DNA from: Lysobacterales bacterium
Lineage (GTDB): Bacteria; Pseudomonadota; Gammaproteobacteria; Xanthomonadales; SZUA-36
Assembly (NCBI GenBank): GCA_037384065.1
Contig: JARROJ010000021.1
Location: 20,383-84,382, forward strand
DNA length: 64,000 bases
Direction of reading: 5' to 3'
Position numbers and translations under genes: made by a program. The number at the start of each line of letters is the position of its first letter. Position 1 is the stretch's first letter. A model generated the notes under the pieces. It ran no database searches. It saw nothing but the letters and a program-made list of their open reading frames with translations, and was not told the DNA's origin. Below are positions 19,001-31,729 of the stretch, one piece after another.

Positions 19001-19167
19001 TCGCGAACCGCCTGGACCAGCGCCCGGGCGCGCGCGTCGATGCGTTCACGCGTCTCCGCGTCGAGCGCAACCCCGTCCAGCAGCGCGCTGACGCACTCGG
19101 CCTCGTCGGCATCGTACAACCGGTCGATTTCGGCGCGGTACGCGTCGGTTTCCTCGGGCTGCGGCAT
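16033..19167 (-). CDS. putA: Bifunctional proline dehydrogenase / L-glutamate gamma-semialdehyde dehydrogenase PutA
   Basis: Full-length match to PutA architecture: LVKGAYWD, FQRLHGMG, ISPWNFPLAIF, ETGGQNAM and SAGQRCSALR. The track start at 19278 is a TTG, so the first ATG at 19167 is preferred. No obvious N-terminal RHH DNA-binding domain. Confidence 0.92.
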   Translation of the reverse strand: MPQPEETDAYRAEIDRLYDADEAECVSALLDGVALDAETRERIDARARALVQAVRDRRHERGVLDAFMQQYDLSSEEGVVLMCLAEALLRIPDSATAEKLIADKLGDADWESHLGKSSSVLVNASTFGLMLTGKLVALSEQTRSNFRTTLKRMVNRSGEPLVRTAIRQAMRIMGFQYVMGRTIDEALERSLEKKHRPYRHSFDMLGEAALTDADSRRFMASYRAAIEAIGRSDRSDDLFEAPSISVKLSALHPRFEFAQRERVLRELTPKLLELAQLARANRIALTVDTEEADRLMLTLDVFAAVLADASLTDWDGLGLALQTYQKRAFAVIDWLAALARANNRRIPVRLVKGAYWDSEIKHAQVEGLDGYPVFTRKANTDVSYIACAKKVLENRAAFYPQFATHNAHTIAAVTELAGDRLDYEFQRLHGMGRELYGVVMQEPGFRHACRVYAPVGSHEDLLPYLVRRLLENGSNTSFVNRISDEDLPVEKVAEDPLARAASTRPVAHPAIPLPRHLYGDERLNAQGVNLANQSAVLDLAARMAPFTRTRWNVEPILAAPCEADAEPHANLNPASRSDRVGDVRETPVEALDGALQAAWDFRPAWDAVAGAERAERLEKTADLMEENFAELMALIVREAGKTPHDAIAEIREAVDFLRYYALQARQHFDAPQRLPGPTGEVNELSLHGRGVFVCISPWNFPLAIFTGQVAAALAAGNTVLAKPAEQTPAVAAYAVGLLHQAGIPRQALQFVPGKGSVVGARLTADARVAGVALTGSMDTAHVINRSLAARDAPIAAFIAETGGQNAMLVDSSALPEQVVEDVIRSAFHSAGQRCSALRVLFVQQDVADRITTLLAGAMQELVVGEPWRLETDIGPVIDEAARSELEAHVQRMERQFRLLARAPLPAGLDGHFMAPVAFEIDSIRSLEKEVFGPVLHVVRFSSRELDRIIDDINAAGYGLTLGIHSRIDRTQRHIARRIEAGNCYINRNMIGAVVGVQPFGGEKLSGTGPKAGGPHYMLRFATERTLTVNTAAVGGNASLLDLND

Positions 19168-19359
19168 CAGAAAGCCGCTGATATCCTCGCCGTTGACCAC
19201 TTGAATCTCCCTGCGCACCGGGCCCGGGCTCGGTCCCGCGACCGCGCGATCGCTGCGTTGATTGGTGAAACCACGCAAGTTTACTCGTCGGGCCGAAACA
19301 AGAAAACTTCCATTAATATTATGAAGTTCTCTTGCCGAAGCTTTGATTCGGCCAGTACA

Positions 19360-19902
19360 ATGCGTTGCCGGACCGGTTTCGGGCCGGCAATTGGAGAGAC
19401 TGAGACATCATTCGTGATCGCGTCCTGGAAAAGTGCGGACGGATCCGTCGTGCGGATCCGGGCAAAAAGCAATTTTTCACTGGACGCCCGCGGCCTGGTC
19501 ACCGTCGTACTGGCGCTGGCCACGGTAACGCTGTTCCTGGCCGGACTGCTGGCCTGGCAGGGCTTCTGGCCGATTTTCGCGATCGCGTTGGTCCAGGTGG
19601 TACTGGTCTCATGGCTCATCGTCCGCACCTGGGAGAATGCCTGGGCGGTCGAAACCATAGAGATCGGAGCCGATCGCATTCGGATCGTGAGCCAGCGCTA
19701 CCGCGCACGCCATGAAATCGAACTGCGCACGGCGTGGGCGGTCGTCGAGACGGAACAGCCGGATATCCTCTGGTACGACCCGACCATCCGCCTGCGTTCG
19801 GGCAACCGGTCCGTGGAGCTCGGGCGGTTTCTGACCGCGGACGAAAAGCGCCAACTGGCGGAACAGCTGGAGCGCGCCATAAGCAGGTACAGCGCCCTGT
19901 AG
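19360..19902 (+). CDS. Two-TM membrane protein upstream of coxB (DUF2244-like)
   Basis: This is the tail of the otherwise spurious 15676..19902 ORF. The hairpin TM pair is GLVTVVLALATVTLFLAGLLAWQGFWPIFAIALVQVVLVSWLIV. The start is uncertain: ATG 19360, GTG 19414 or GTG 19450. Confidence 0.55.
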   Translation: MRCRTGFGPAIGETETSFVIASWKSADGSVVRIRAKSNFSLDARGLVTVVLALATVTLFLAGLLAWQGFWPIFAIALVQVVLVSWLIVRTWENAWAVETIEIGADRIRIVSQRYRARHEIELRTAWAVVETEQPDILWYDPTIRLRSGNRSVELGRFLTADEKRQLAEQLERAISRYSAL

Positions 19903-19941
19903 ACCGGGCGCAACGTTTGATTCTTGAGACTTGAGGTTCCA

Positions 19942-20769
19942 ATGAAAAAGCAAAACACGTTCATCGTCGTGGCCGCTGTCACCGCAGCGGTGATCGCCGC
20001 TACGTGGCTGCTGCTCGCTGCGCCCGCGCTGACCGGCAACCAGATCAACATGACCCGCGGCGTGACGTCCCAGTCGGTGATCAACTACAACCTTCACATG
20101 ACGATCCTCTGGGTCTGCATCGTGATCGGCGTGATCGTGTTCAGCGCCATGTTCGTCTCCATCGCGCTGCATCGGAAATCCCGCGACCACGAAGCGGCCA
20201 AATTTACCCACAGCACCAAGGCCGAGGTGGTCTGGACCATTATTCCGGTGCTCATCCTGGTGGTCATGGCGGTGCCGGCGACGCGCGCACTGATCAACAT
20301 GGAGGTGGCGCCGGAAACCGAAATGACGGTCAAGATCACCGGCTTCCAGTGGCGCTGGAAATATGAGTACGTCGAAGACGACCTCAATTTCATTTCGTCC
20401 CTCGATCCGGAATCGAATGCCGCGCGGCAGCTCGAGTCCGGCGAAGATCCGGCCAATGTCGACAACTACCTGCTCGAAGTCGACAACCCGCTGGTGCTGC
20501 CGGCCGACACCAAGATCAAATTCCTGATCACCGCCGACGACGTGATCCACTCATGGTGGGTGCCGGCGCTTGGCTGGAAGCGCGACGCGATCCCCGGTTT
20601 CATCAACGAAGCCTGGACCGAGATCAAGGAACCCGGCATCTACCGCGGACAATGCGCGGAACTGTGCGGCAAGGATCACGGGTTCATGCCGATCGTGCTG
20701 CACGTGCTGCCGCGCGATGAGTACGTCGCGTGGGTCGTGCACCAGCAGGACCAGCTGGCGGCCAACTAG
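19942..20769 (+). CDS. coxB: Cytochrome c oxidase (aa3-type) subunit II
   Basis: ATG at 19942 preceded by GAGG. Two TM helices and the CuA site HSWWVPALGWK...CAELCGKDHGFM. Confidence 0.93.
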   Translation: MKKQNTFIVVAAVTAAVIAATWLLLAAPALTGNQINMTRGVTSQSVINYNLHMTILWVCIVIGVIVFSAMFVSIALHRKSRDHEAAKFTHSTKAEVVWTIIPVLILVVMAVPATRALINMEVAPETEMTVKITGFQWRWKYEYVEDDLNFISSLDPESNAARQLESGEDPANVDNYLLEVDNPLVLPADTKIKFLITADDVIHSWWVPALGWKRDAIPGFINEAWTEIKEPGIYRGQCAELCGKDHGFMPIVLHVLPRDEYVAWVVHQQDQLAAN

Positions 20770-20817
20770 TCCTCATCCGGACCCCGCACGAAAACCATCA
20801 GAACAGGAACAGATGAC

Positions 20818-22452
20818 ATGAGTATCGAGAGCACTCATAGCCACGACACGCAATCGCAGGCCGAACATCACGACCACAAGCCGACCGGCTTCCTCAACCG
20901 TTGGCTGTTCACGACGAACCACAAGGATATCGGCACGCTGTACCTCGTCTTCGCGCTGCTGATGTTCTTCACCGGCGGTACGATGGCGATGGTGATTCGC
21001 GCCGAGTTGTTCGCCCCGGGGCTGCAGCTGGTCGAACCCGACTTCTTCAACCAGATGACGACCATGCACGCGCTGATCATGGTGTTCGGCGCCGTGATGC
21101 CCGCCTGGGTCGGCTTCGCCAACTGGATGCTGCCGATGATGATCGGGGCGCCGGACATGGCGCTGCCGCGCATGAACAACTGGAGCTTCTGGATCCTTCC
21201 GTTCGCCTTCGCGATGCTGCTCAGCACGCTGTTCATGGATTCCGGCGGTCCGGCCGCGGGCTGGACGCTGTATCCGCCGCTGAGCCTGCAGGGCGGACAG
21301 AGCTTCGCCTTCGTCGTGTTCGCGGTGCACATGATGGGCATCTCCTCGATCATGGGCGCGATCAACGTGATCGTGACGATCCTGAACATGCGCGCGCCCG
21401 GCATGACCCTGATGAAGATGCCGCTGTTCGTCTGGACCTGGCTGATTACCGCCTTCCTGCTGGTCGCCGTAATGCCGGTCCTGGCCGGCGCCGTGACCAT
21501 GCTGCTCACGGACCACTTTTTCGGCACCAGCTTCTTCAACGCCGCCGGCGGCGGCGACCCCGTGATGTTCCAGCATATTTTCTGGTTCTTCGGACATCCC
21601 GAGGTGTACATCATGATCCTGCCGGCGTTCGGCGTGGTTTCCGAAATCATCCCGACGTTCTCGCGCAAGCCCCTGTTCGGCTACAAGGCGATGGTCTACG
21701 CGACCGCGAGTATCGCCTTCCTGTCCTTCATCGTCTGGGCGCACCACATGTTCACGGTCGGCATGCCGCTGGCCGGCGAGCTGTTCTTCATGTACGCGAC
21801 CATGCTGATCGCGGTGCCGACCGGCGTTAAGGTCTTCAACTGGGTCAGCACGATGTGGAAGGGCTCGATGACCTTCGAGACACCGATGCTGTTCGCGATC
21901 GCGTTCGTCGTGCTGTTCACCATCGGCGGACTGTCCGGGCTGATGCTGGCGATCGCCTCGGTCGACCTGCAGTACCACGACACCTATTTCGTGGTCGCGC
22001 ATTTCCACTACGTTCTGGTGCCGGGCGCCGTGTTCGCCCTGATGGCCGGCGCCTACTACTGGCTGCCGAAGTGGACCGGCCACATGTATTCCGAGAAGTG
22101 GGGCAAGATCCACTTCTGGATGTCGGCGATCTCGGTCAACGTGCTGTTCTTCCCGCAGCACTACCTGGGCCTGGCCGGCATGCCGCGCCGCATCCCGGAT
22201 TACTCCACGCAATTCGCCGATTTCAACATGATTTCGTCGATTGGCGGATTCGTGTTCGGCGCCTCGCAGCTGCTGTTCGTCGGCGTTGTGATCCATTGCG
22301 TGTACAAGAGCCGCCAGGCGGCCAGCGACCGGGTCTGGGAAGGCGCGAAGGGGCTTGAATGGACCGTGCCGTCACCGGCGCCGTACCACACCTTCGACAA
22401 GCCGCCGAAGATCGACGCGACCACCATCGCGCACGCGGACACGTCGCACTGA
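20818..22452 (+). CDS. ctaD: Cytochrome c oxidase subunit I
   Basis: 544 aa with WFFGHPEVYI and HHMFTVGM. Twelve-TM heme-copper oxidase pattern. Confidence 0.97.
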   Translation: MSIESTHSHDTQSQAEHHDHKPTGFLNRWLFTTNHKDIGTLYLVFALLMFFTGGTMAMVIRAELFAPGLQLVEPDFFNQMTTMHALIMVFGAVMPAWVGFANWMLPMMIGAPDMALPRMNNWSFWILPFAFAMLLSTLFMDSGGPAAGWTLYPPLSLQGGQSFAFVVFAVHMMGISSIMGAINVIVTILNMRAPGMTLMKMPLFVWTWLITAFLLVAVMPVLAGAVTMLLTDHFFGTSFFNAAGGGDPVMFQHIFWFFGHPEVYIMILPAFGVVSEIIPTFSRKPLFGYKAMVYATASIAFLSFIVWAHHMFTVGMPLAGELFFMYATMLIAVPTGVKVFNWVSTMWKGSMTFETPMLFAIAFVVLFTIGGLSGLMLAIASVDLQYHDTYFVVAHFHYVLVPGAVFALMAGAYYWLPKWTGHMYSEKWGKIHFWMSAISVNVLFFPQHYLGLAGMPRRIPDYSTQFADFNMISSIGGFVFGASQLLFVGVVIHCVYKSRQAASDRVWEGAKGLEWTVPSPAPYHTFDKPPKIDATTIAHADTSH

Positions 22453-22466
22453 GGCGGGCCGTGACG

Positions 22467-22589
22467 ATGACTTCCGGCCAGGATCCGAAGGCGCAGCGGA
22501 AACGGGTGGTGATCACCGCCTGGGTCCTGGCCGTTGTCGCCCTGGCCATTTTCACCGCGTTCATCCTGTCCGGAGTACTCAGAGCATGA
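22467..22589 (+). CDS. Small (40 aa) single-TM protein between ctaD and ctaG (cytochrome oxidase small assembly protein-like)
   Basis: MTSGQDPKAQRKRVVITAWVLAVVALAIFTAFILSGVLRA. Its TGA overlaps the ctaG ATG (ATGA at 22586-22589). Its position is conserved in proteobacterial cox clusters, from memory. Confidence 0.5.
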   Translation: MTSGQDPKAQRKRVVITAWVLAVVALAIFTAFILSGVLRA

Positions 22590-23164
22590 ACCGGCCGAAC
22601 GATAAACGGCCGGCCAACGGCAGGCTCGCCGGCAAACTGGCCCTGATCGCCGTCGGAATGTTCGGTTTCGGTTTCGCGTTGTGGCCGCTGTACAACGTGT
22701 TCTGCGACATCACGGGCCTGGGCGGACGCGGTGTCAAGATCGAGCAGTCCGCCACCGGCGGAGCGCAGTCGGACCGCCAGGTGCGGATCCGCTTCGATGC
22801 GACGGTCAATTCGAACCTGCCCTGGGATTTCGAAGCCGTCGACAAGTCGCTGACGGTCACGCTCGGTGAAATGAGCGAGGCGCATTACCGGGCCACCAAC
22901 CCGACCGGCGAAGCCCTGGCGGGACACGCGATTTTCAACGTCACGCCGCCGGAGGCCAGCCTGTATTTCGTCAAGACCGAATGTTTCTGCTTTACCCAGC
23001 AGATTCTGCAGGCCGGCGAGACCCGCGACATGCCCGTCTACTATTTCATCCAGCCGGATTTACCGGAGCACATCAAGGAATTGACCCTGTCGTACACGTT
23101 CTTCCAGGACCCCGGCGCGCGCGTCGCGCAAACCGCTACGACGACAGGACGCAACGAGGAGTAA
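22586..23164 (+). CDS. ctaG: Cytochrome c oxidase assembly protein CtaG/Cox11
   Basis: The ORF was trimmed to the ATG at 22586 (MNRPNDK). It has a TM anchor, the CFCF copper motif (VKTECFCFTQQ) and LSYTFF. Confidence 0.92.
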   Translation: MNRPNDKRPANGRLAGKLALIAVGMFGFGFALWPLYNVFCDITGLGGRGVKIEQSATGGAQSDRQVRIRFDATVNSNLPWDFEAVDKSLTVTLGEMSEAHYRATNPTGEALAGHAIFNVTPPEASLYFVKTECFCFTQQILQAGETRDMPVYYFIQPDLPEHIKELTLSYTFFQDPGARVAQTATTTGRNEE

Positions 23165-23175
23165 GAGGATTGCCC

Positions 23176-24045
23176 ATGGCCCATCACGCAGACGACCATT
23201 ACTACGTTCCGCACGGCACCCGGTGGCCGATCATCGGTTCGATCGGCATGATCCTGATGCTCGGCAGCGCCGCGTACTGGGTCAACGAGTCCAGCGTCGC
23301 GCCGTGGACCTTCCTGGCCGGCGCGCTGGTGATCGTTTACATGCTGTTCGGCTGGTTCGGCGACGTGATTCGCGAAAGCGAGGCCGGCATGTACAACGAG
23401 CAGGTCGATACCTCGTTCCGCATGGGCATGCTCTGGTTCATCTTCTCCGAGGTGATGTTCTTCGCGGCCTTTTTCGGCGCGCTGTTCTACGCCCGCGCGC
23501 TGGCCGTGCCGTGGCTGGGCGGCGAGGGAACCGGCGCGTTCACCAACCAGATCCTGTGGCAGGGTTATGACGCCGTCTGGCCGACGGCCGGCCCCGGCCA
23601 AGTGGGCGGACCGTTCAGTACGATCCATCCCTTCGGCATTCCGTTCCTGAACACGCTGATCCTGCTGACCTCCGGCCTGACCATCACGCTGGCGCACCAT
23701 GCGCTGAAGAAGAACCATCGCGGCAAGCTGATCGGCTGGCTGTGGGCCACCGTCGCGCTGGGCGCAGTGTTCATCGGCTTCCAGGTTTACGAGTACAAGG
23801 AGGCCTACCAGCACCTCGGACTCACGCTGGGCTCCGGAATCTACGGTTCGACGTTCTTCATGCTGACCGGGTTCCACGGCATGCACGTGACACTGGGCGC
23901 CATCATGCTGGCCGTGATCGCGTTTCGCTGCATGAAGGGTCATTTCAAGCCGGAGCACCACTTCGGCTTCGAGGCGGTGGCGTGGTACTGGCATTTCGTG
24001 GACGTGGTCTGGCTGGGCCTGTTTATTTTCGTGTACGTCTACTAG
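23176..24045 (+). CDS. coxC: Cytochrome c oxidase subunit III
   Basis: ATG at 23176 (MAHHADDHYYVPH). Motifs FIFSEVMFFAAFF, FMLTGFHGMHV and WYWHFVDVVW. Confidence 0.93.
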   Translation: MAHHADDHYYVPHGTRWPIIGSIGMILMLGSAAYWVNESSVAPWTFLAGALVIVYMLFGWFGDVIRESEAGMYNEQVDTSFRMGMLWFIFSEVMFFAAFFGALFYARALAVPWLGGEGTGAFTNQILWQGYDAVWPTAGPGQVGGPFSTIHPFGIPFLNTLILLTSGLTITLAHHALKKNHRGKLIGWLWATVALGAVFIGFQVYEYKEAYQHLGLTLGSGIYGSTFFMLTGFHGMHVTLGAIMLAVIAFRCMKGHFKPEHHFGFEAVAWYWHFVDVVWLGLFIFVYVY

Positions 24046-24088
24046 CCCGGCCGAAACGGCAGCCCCACGGGCCGGCGGGGTCGTTGGC

Positions 24089-24376
24089 TCAGCGGCTGTC
24101 GTCGGGCGCCTGCGACTGTTCCTGCAACTGCATGCCGACCGGCCCCTGGTGCGGTTTGACCCAGCCCATCTGGTACGCGACCCACAGGAAAATAAACAAA
24201 ACGAGCGACAGCCCGATGCGCCAGGTCAGGCGCTTGACGGTCCGGTCGCCCTCGCCATGATCCTTGACCAGGAACACCAGGGCCGACGCCAGGCTGTAGA
24301 GAATGACGACCAGAAAAACGATAATCAGGATCTTGATAGCCACGGCCGCACCCTCCGAGATAGCATGTGTTTCCAT
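24089..24376 (-). CDS. Twin-transmembrane-helix small protein (DUF2909/HIG1-like)
   Basis: IKILIIVFLVVILYSLASALVFLVKD...RIGLSLVLFIFLWVAYQMGW forms two TM helices. It lies inside the cox cluster on the opposite strand. Confidence 0.65.
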   Translation of the reverse strand: METHAISEGAAVAIKILIIVFLVVILYSLASALVFLVKDHGEGDRTVKRLTWRIGLSLVLFIFLWVAYQMGWVKPHQGPVGMQLQEQSQAPDDSR

Positions 24377-24429
24377 TATATCGAATCCGTCACCGCACCG
24401 GTGAATGACCGCGTGACCGGCGTCTGACC

Positions 24430-25179
24430 GTGCGATTCAGAACGACATTCGGACTGACCCTGCTGCTGTTCCTGCTCGCGGCCCTGTTCGCGCGTCTCGG
24501 CTACTGGCAGCTGGAGCGCATGACGCAGAAAGAACAACTGTTCGAACGCTTCGAAAGCGCGCCGGAACTGACGCTCGCCGAGGCGATCCGCGCCGACGCC
24601 GAATTCGCCCGGGTACGCGCCTGGGGACGATTCGATACCGAGCGGCACCTGTTGGTCGACAACAGGATTCACCAGGGTCGGGCCGGGGTGCACGTACTGA
24701 CCCCGTTCCAGACCCGCGATGGCATGCTGGTGCTCGTGAACCGCGGCTGGCTGCCGATGCCCGCCGACCGGCGTTCCCTGCCGAAGGTGACCACCGATGG
24801 CGCGCCGCGCGAAATCAGTGGCCGGCTGAAACGCCTGGAAAGCCCGGGCCCGCGTCTGGGCGAGACCGATAAACTTCGAACGGACCGCTGGCCGCAGCTC
24901 GTCACCTGGCTGGACCACGCCCCGGTCGAGCGCGCCCTGGCGGCGGATGTGGAGCGCTGGATCATCCTGCTCGACGCCGGTCAGCCGGACGGTTTCGAAG
25001 GCCGCGACTGGGTGCCCGCGACGATGGCGCCTGCAACGCACGGCGCGTACGCCCTGCAATGGTTTTCACTGGCGGCGGCCGCGATCGTGATCTGGATTCT
25101 GCTCGGCCTGCGTAACGGCCGGGACGCGCGAACCGAGCCGCAACGACACAAGGAGACGCCCGATGACCCAACCCGGTAA
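24430..25179 (+). CDS. SURF1-family cytochrome oxidase biogenesis protein
   Basis: GTG start. N-terminal TM followed by LGYWQLERM, VLVNRGWLP, and C-terminal HGAYALQWFSLAAA plus a TM helix. Confidence 0.8.
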   Translation: MRFRTTFGLTLLLFLLAALFARLGYWQLERMTQKEQLFERFESAPELTLAEAIRADAEFARVRAWGRFDTERHLLVDNRIHQGRAGVHVLTPFQTRDGMLVLVNRGWLPMPADRRSLPKVTTDGAPREISGRLKRLESPGPRLGETDKLRTDRWPQLVTWLDHAPVERALAADVERWIILLDAGQPDGFEGRDWVPATMAPATHGAYALQWFSLAAAAIVIWILLGLRNGRDARTEPQRHKETPDDPTR

Positions 25180-25771
25180 ACGCCTATCGCCGCGCGTGGC
25201 GCTCGTCGTCATCGCCGCCCTGTTCGTCCTGCCCCTGGCGGCGGCCTGGCTGATGTACAGCGGCGTGATCGATTTCACGCCCGGACACACGCGCAATCTG
25301 GGCGAATTGGTCGAACCGCCCGTGCCCGTGGATCTCGCCGGGCTGGAAGCGGCCGATCCGGCTCGTGCGCCCACGCGCGAGTTGCCGCGCCACTGGACGA
25401 TAATCCACAGACTACCGGCACCGTGCGGGCCGAACTGCGAAGCCGTCATCACCGCGTTACGGCAGATTCACCGCGCGGCCGGCCGTGACCGGTCGCGTCT
25501 GCGCATCCTGCTCGTGCACGGTCCGCAGACGACGGTCGACGCCGCGCGGATCGAGGCGATCCACCCGGCCTTTCTTCTGGCCGTGGATACCGACGGCCGC
25601 CTGCTCGACACCCTGGCCGGGATCGCCGGGGACACCGGCGCGCCCGGCCATACCTACCTGATGGACCCGCTCGGCAATATAATGATGTTTTACCGCGCCG
25701 GCTACGATCCGAACGATCTCAAAAAGGATCTCGAGCGGCTTCTGACCTGGTCGAAACTGGACGATCAATGA
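25163..25771 (+). CDS. SCO1/SenC-like thioredoxin-fold protein (putative copper chaperone), cox-cluster associated
   Basis: AGGAG Shine-Dalgarno sequence before the ATG. It has an N-terminal TM helix, the CxxxC motif [10 protein letters not shown] and a downstream [16 protein letters not shown] (SCO-type His...YLxDxxG). The position equals the unnamed ORF between SURF1 and ctaA in Pseudomonas-type clusters. Confidence 0.6.
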   Translation: MTQPGKRLSPRVALVVIAALFVLPLAAAWLMYSGVIDFTPGHTRNLGELVEPPVPVDLAGLEAADPARAPTRELPRHWTIIHRLPAPCGPNCEAVITALRQIHRAAGRDRSRLRILLVHGPQTTVDAARIEAIHPAFLLAVDTDGRLLDTLAGIAGDTGAPGHTYLMDPLGNIMMFYRAGYDPNDLKKDLERLLTWSKLDDQ

Positions 25772-26766
25772 CATCTTCAACCCTGCACCGCGCGGCGCTC
25801 CTGGCCGTCGTCGTCGCCTTCGTAGTCGTCGTGCTGGGCGCGTACGTGCGACTTTCTCACGCCGGCCTCGGATGCCCGGACTGGCCGGGGTGTTACGGCC
25901 AGTTGACGTGGCCGGTGGCGTCGGCCGACATCCACGCCGCGAACACGGCGTTCCCGGAACGGCCGGTCGATATCGGCAAGGCCTGGAAGGAGATGGTGCA
26001 TCGTTACCTGGCCGGTTTCCTGGTGTTACTGGTCGTCGCCATCAACGTCCTCGCGTGGCGAAGCCGCACGAGCACGCGGATCAAGGCGCTGGCCGTTTCC
26101 ATCCTGGCCCTGATCCTGTTCCAGGCGGCGCTGGGCATGTGGACCGTGACGCTCAAGCTGAAGCCGATTATCGTCATGGCGCACCTTCTGGGCGGCCTCG
26201 CGACGTTGAGTCTGCTGCTGTGGCTGACGCTCGGAACGCGGGCGCGCGAACCGGCCGCGCCGTCCGCCTACCGGCCATTCCGCACGGGAATTCTGCTGGC
26301 GCTCGCGGTACTGGTGCTGCAACTGGCGCTGGGCGGCTGGACCAGCGCGAACTACGCGGCGCTCGCCTGTCCGGACTTTCCGACCTGCCAGGGGCAGGCG
26401 TGGCCGGAAATGAACTTCCGCGACGGCTTCGTCCTCTGGCGCGAAGTTGGCGTGGACTACGAGGGCGGCGTGCTCGACCTGCCCTCGCGCACGGCCATCC
26501 AAATGGCGCATCGGATCTGGGCCCTGGCCACGTTCACGGTGCTCGGACTGCTGGCAATCGGCCTGTCGCGCAGGCGGGCGACACGCCCCGGCGGCCTGCT
26601 GCTGGGCGGCTTGCTGCTGCTCCAGGTGACGCTCGGCATCCTGAACGTCTGGCTGTTCCTGCCGCTGCCGAACGCCGTCGCCCACAACGCGACGGGCGCC
26701 CTGCTGCTGGCCACCACGGTCTGGCTGCTGCACCGCGCGCGCGCTCCGAGCGAGTCGCGACCATGA
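25768..26766 (+). CDS. ctaA: Heme A synthase (COX15/CtaA)
   Basis: Multi-TM protein with [28 protein letters not shown] and AHR/HNA His ligands. ATGA overlap with the preceding gene. Confidence 0.85.
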   Translation: MTSSTLHRAALLAVVVAFVVVVLGAYVRLSHAGLGCPDWPGCYGQLTWPVASADIHAANTAFPERPVDIGKAWKEMVHRYLAGFLVLLVVAINVLAWRSRTSTRIKALAVSILALILFQAALGMWTVTLKLKPIIVMAHLLGGLATLSLLLWLTLGTRAREPAAPSAYRPFRTGILLALAVLVLQLALGGWTSANYAALACPDFPTCQGQAWPEMNFRDGFVLWREVGVDYEGGVLDLPSRTAIQMAHRIWALATFTVLGLLAIGLSRRRATRPGGLLLGGLLLLQVTLGILNVWLFLPLPNAVAHNATGALLLATTVWLLHRARAPSESRP

Positions 26767-27638
26767 CTGCCGTAGCACGGCGTTACCTCGAACTGTGTAA
26801 GCCGAAGGTCGTTCTGCTGATCGTATTCACGGCCGTGGTCGGCATGTTCCTGGCCGTTCCCGGCTGGCCACCGCCCGTCGCGCTGCTGGCCGGAACGGTG
26901 GGAATTGCGCTTGCCGCCGCCTCCGCCGCGGCCATCAATCATCTGCTGGATCAGCGGATCGACGCGGTCATGGCGCGGACGCGCAATCGCCCGTTGCCCC
27001 AGGGTCAGCTCGGCGTAAACCAGGTGCTCGTTTTCGCGGCCATTCTCGGCGCGGTTTCGATGACCCTGCTGATCGTCTGGGTGAATACCCTGACGGCCGT
27101 CCTGACATTCCTGTCGCTGATCGGTTACGCGATCGTCTACACGGTGTGGCTCAAACGGGCGACGCCCCAGAACATCGTGATCGGCGGCGCGGCCGGGGCG
27201 GCCCCACCGGTGCTCGGCTGGACCGCGGTAACGGGAACGGTGGACCACAATGCGCTGATCCTGTTCCTGATCATTTACGTCTGGACCCCGCCGCACTTCT
27301 GGGCCCTGGCGATTCATCGGCGGCAGGACTACGCCGCCGTCGACATCCCGATGTTACCGGTGACGCACGGCGTCCACTTCACGCGCTGGCATATTTTCTT
27401 TTACACCATCCTGCTGGTCCTGGTGACCACCCTGCCGTACCTGACCGGCATGAGCAGCCTGTTCTACCTGGCCGGAACCACCGTGCTCAACCTGGGCTTC
27501 CTGTGGTACGCGTTCCGGTTGTTGCGCGAAAACGACGAGCGCCTGCCGATGCAGACGTTCGGCTACTCGATCATCTACCTGATGGTGTTGTTCGCTTTTC
27601 TCCTGACCGACCACTACCTGCAGATGTTGTTGCGCTGA
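26763..27638 (+). CDS. cyoE: Protoheme IX farnesyltransferase (heme O synthase)
   Basis: ATG at 26763 overlapping the ctaA TGA. Motifs [29 protein letters not shown] and [10 protein letters not shown]. Confidence 0.93.
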   Translation: MTAVARRYLELCKPKVVLLIVFTAVVGMFLAVPGWPPPVALLAGTVGIALAAASAAAINHLLDQRIDAVMARTRNRPLPQGQLGVNQVLVFAAILGAVSMTLLIVWVNTLTAVLTFLSLIGYAIVYTVWLKRATPQNIVIGGAAGAAPPVLGWTAVTGTVDHNALILFLIIYVWTPPHFWALAIHRRQDYAAVDIPMLPVTHGVHFTRWHIFFYTILLVLVTTLPYLTGMSSLFYLAGTTVLNLGFLWYAFRLLRENDERLPMQTFGYSIIYLMVLFAFLLTDHYLQMLLR

Positions 27639-27729
27639 ACGCCTGTTACCGGGCGCGCTTTGGCACTAAAATACACCCTTCCCGAAGGATTCCGAGTGGG
27701 TCGGGCAAGCAGCCCGGCGGAGTACGTCG

Positions 27730-30669
<2,940 letters not shown>

Positions 30670-30680
30670 AGACTACCGGG

Positions 30681-31526
<846 letters not shown>

Positions 31527-31653
31527 TGATCCTCCTGAAGCAGCGCGCAATTTTAGCACACTTCGGCCATGATTTTAGCCACGAGGGTCCGCCTTCGGAC
31601 CCGCATGGCCGAACTCTTGCACACGCTGCGTGAAAATGTTGTCAACTGTCGAG

Positions 31654-31680
31654 TTAGACCGGCTGCACCGGCCAGAGTTC
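31654..31680 (-). promoter_or_regulatory. Candidate sigma-E (RpoE)-type promoter upstream of rpoH
   Basis: The minus strand reads GAACTC-N16-TCTAA. Compare E. coli rpoH P3 (GAACTT-N16-TCTGA) and the general ggAACtt-N16-TCnaA consensus. It lies c. 130 nt upstream of the rpoH ATG. Confidence 0.45.
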
Positions 31681-31729
31681 AGTGCCTGAATGCCCATGAA
31701 TATCAGCAGATTGGAGCCTTTTTCGCGAT

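Noticed and set aside
15676-19359. A 1408-aa plus-strand ORF (15676..19902) spanning exeA and putA antisense
   Set aside because: Only the last c. 180 codons (19360-19902, a two-TM protein upstream of coxB) look genuine. The rest is antisense to exeA and putA and has no domain content.
27639-27729. Possible glycine riboswitch upstream of gcvP
   Set aside because: The 91-nt region is too short for the tandem aptamer and lacks the conserved GGAGAG...ACCGAAGGGGCAA-type cores.
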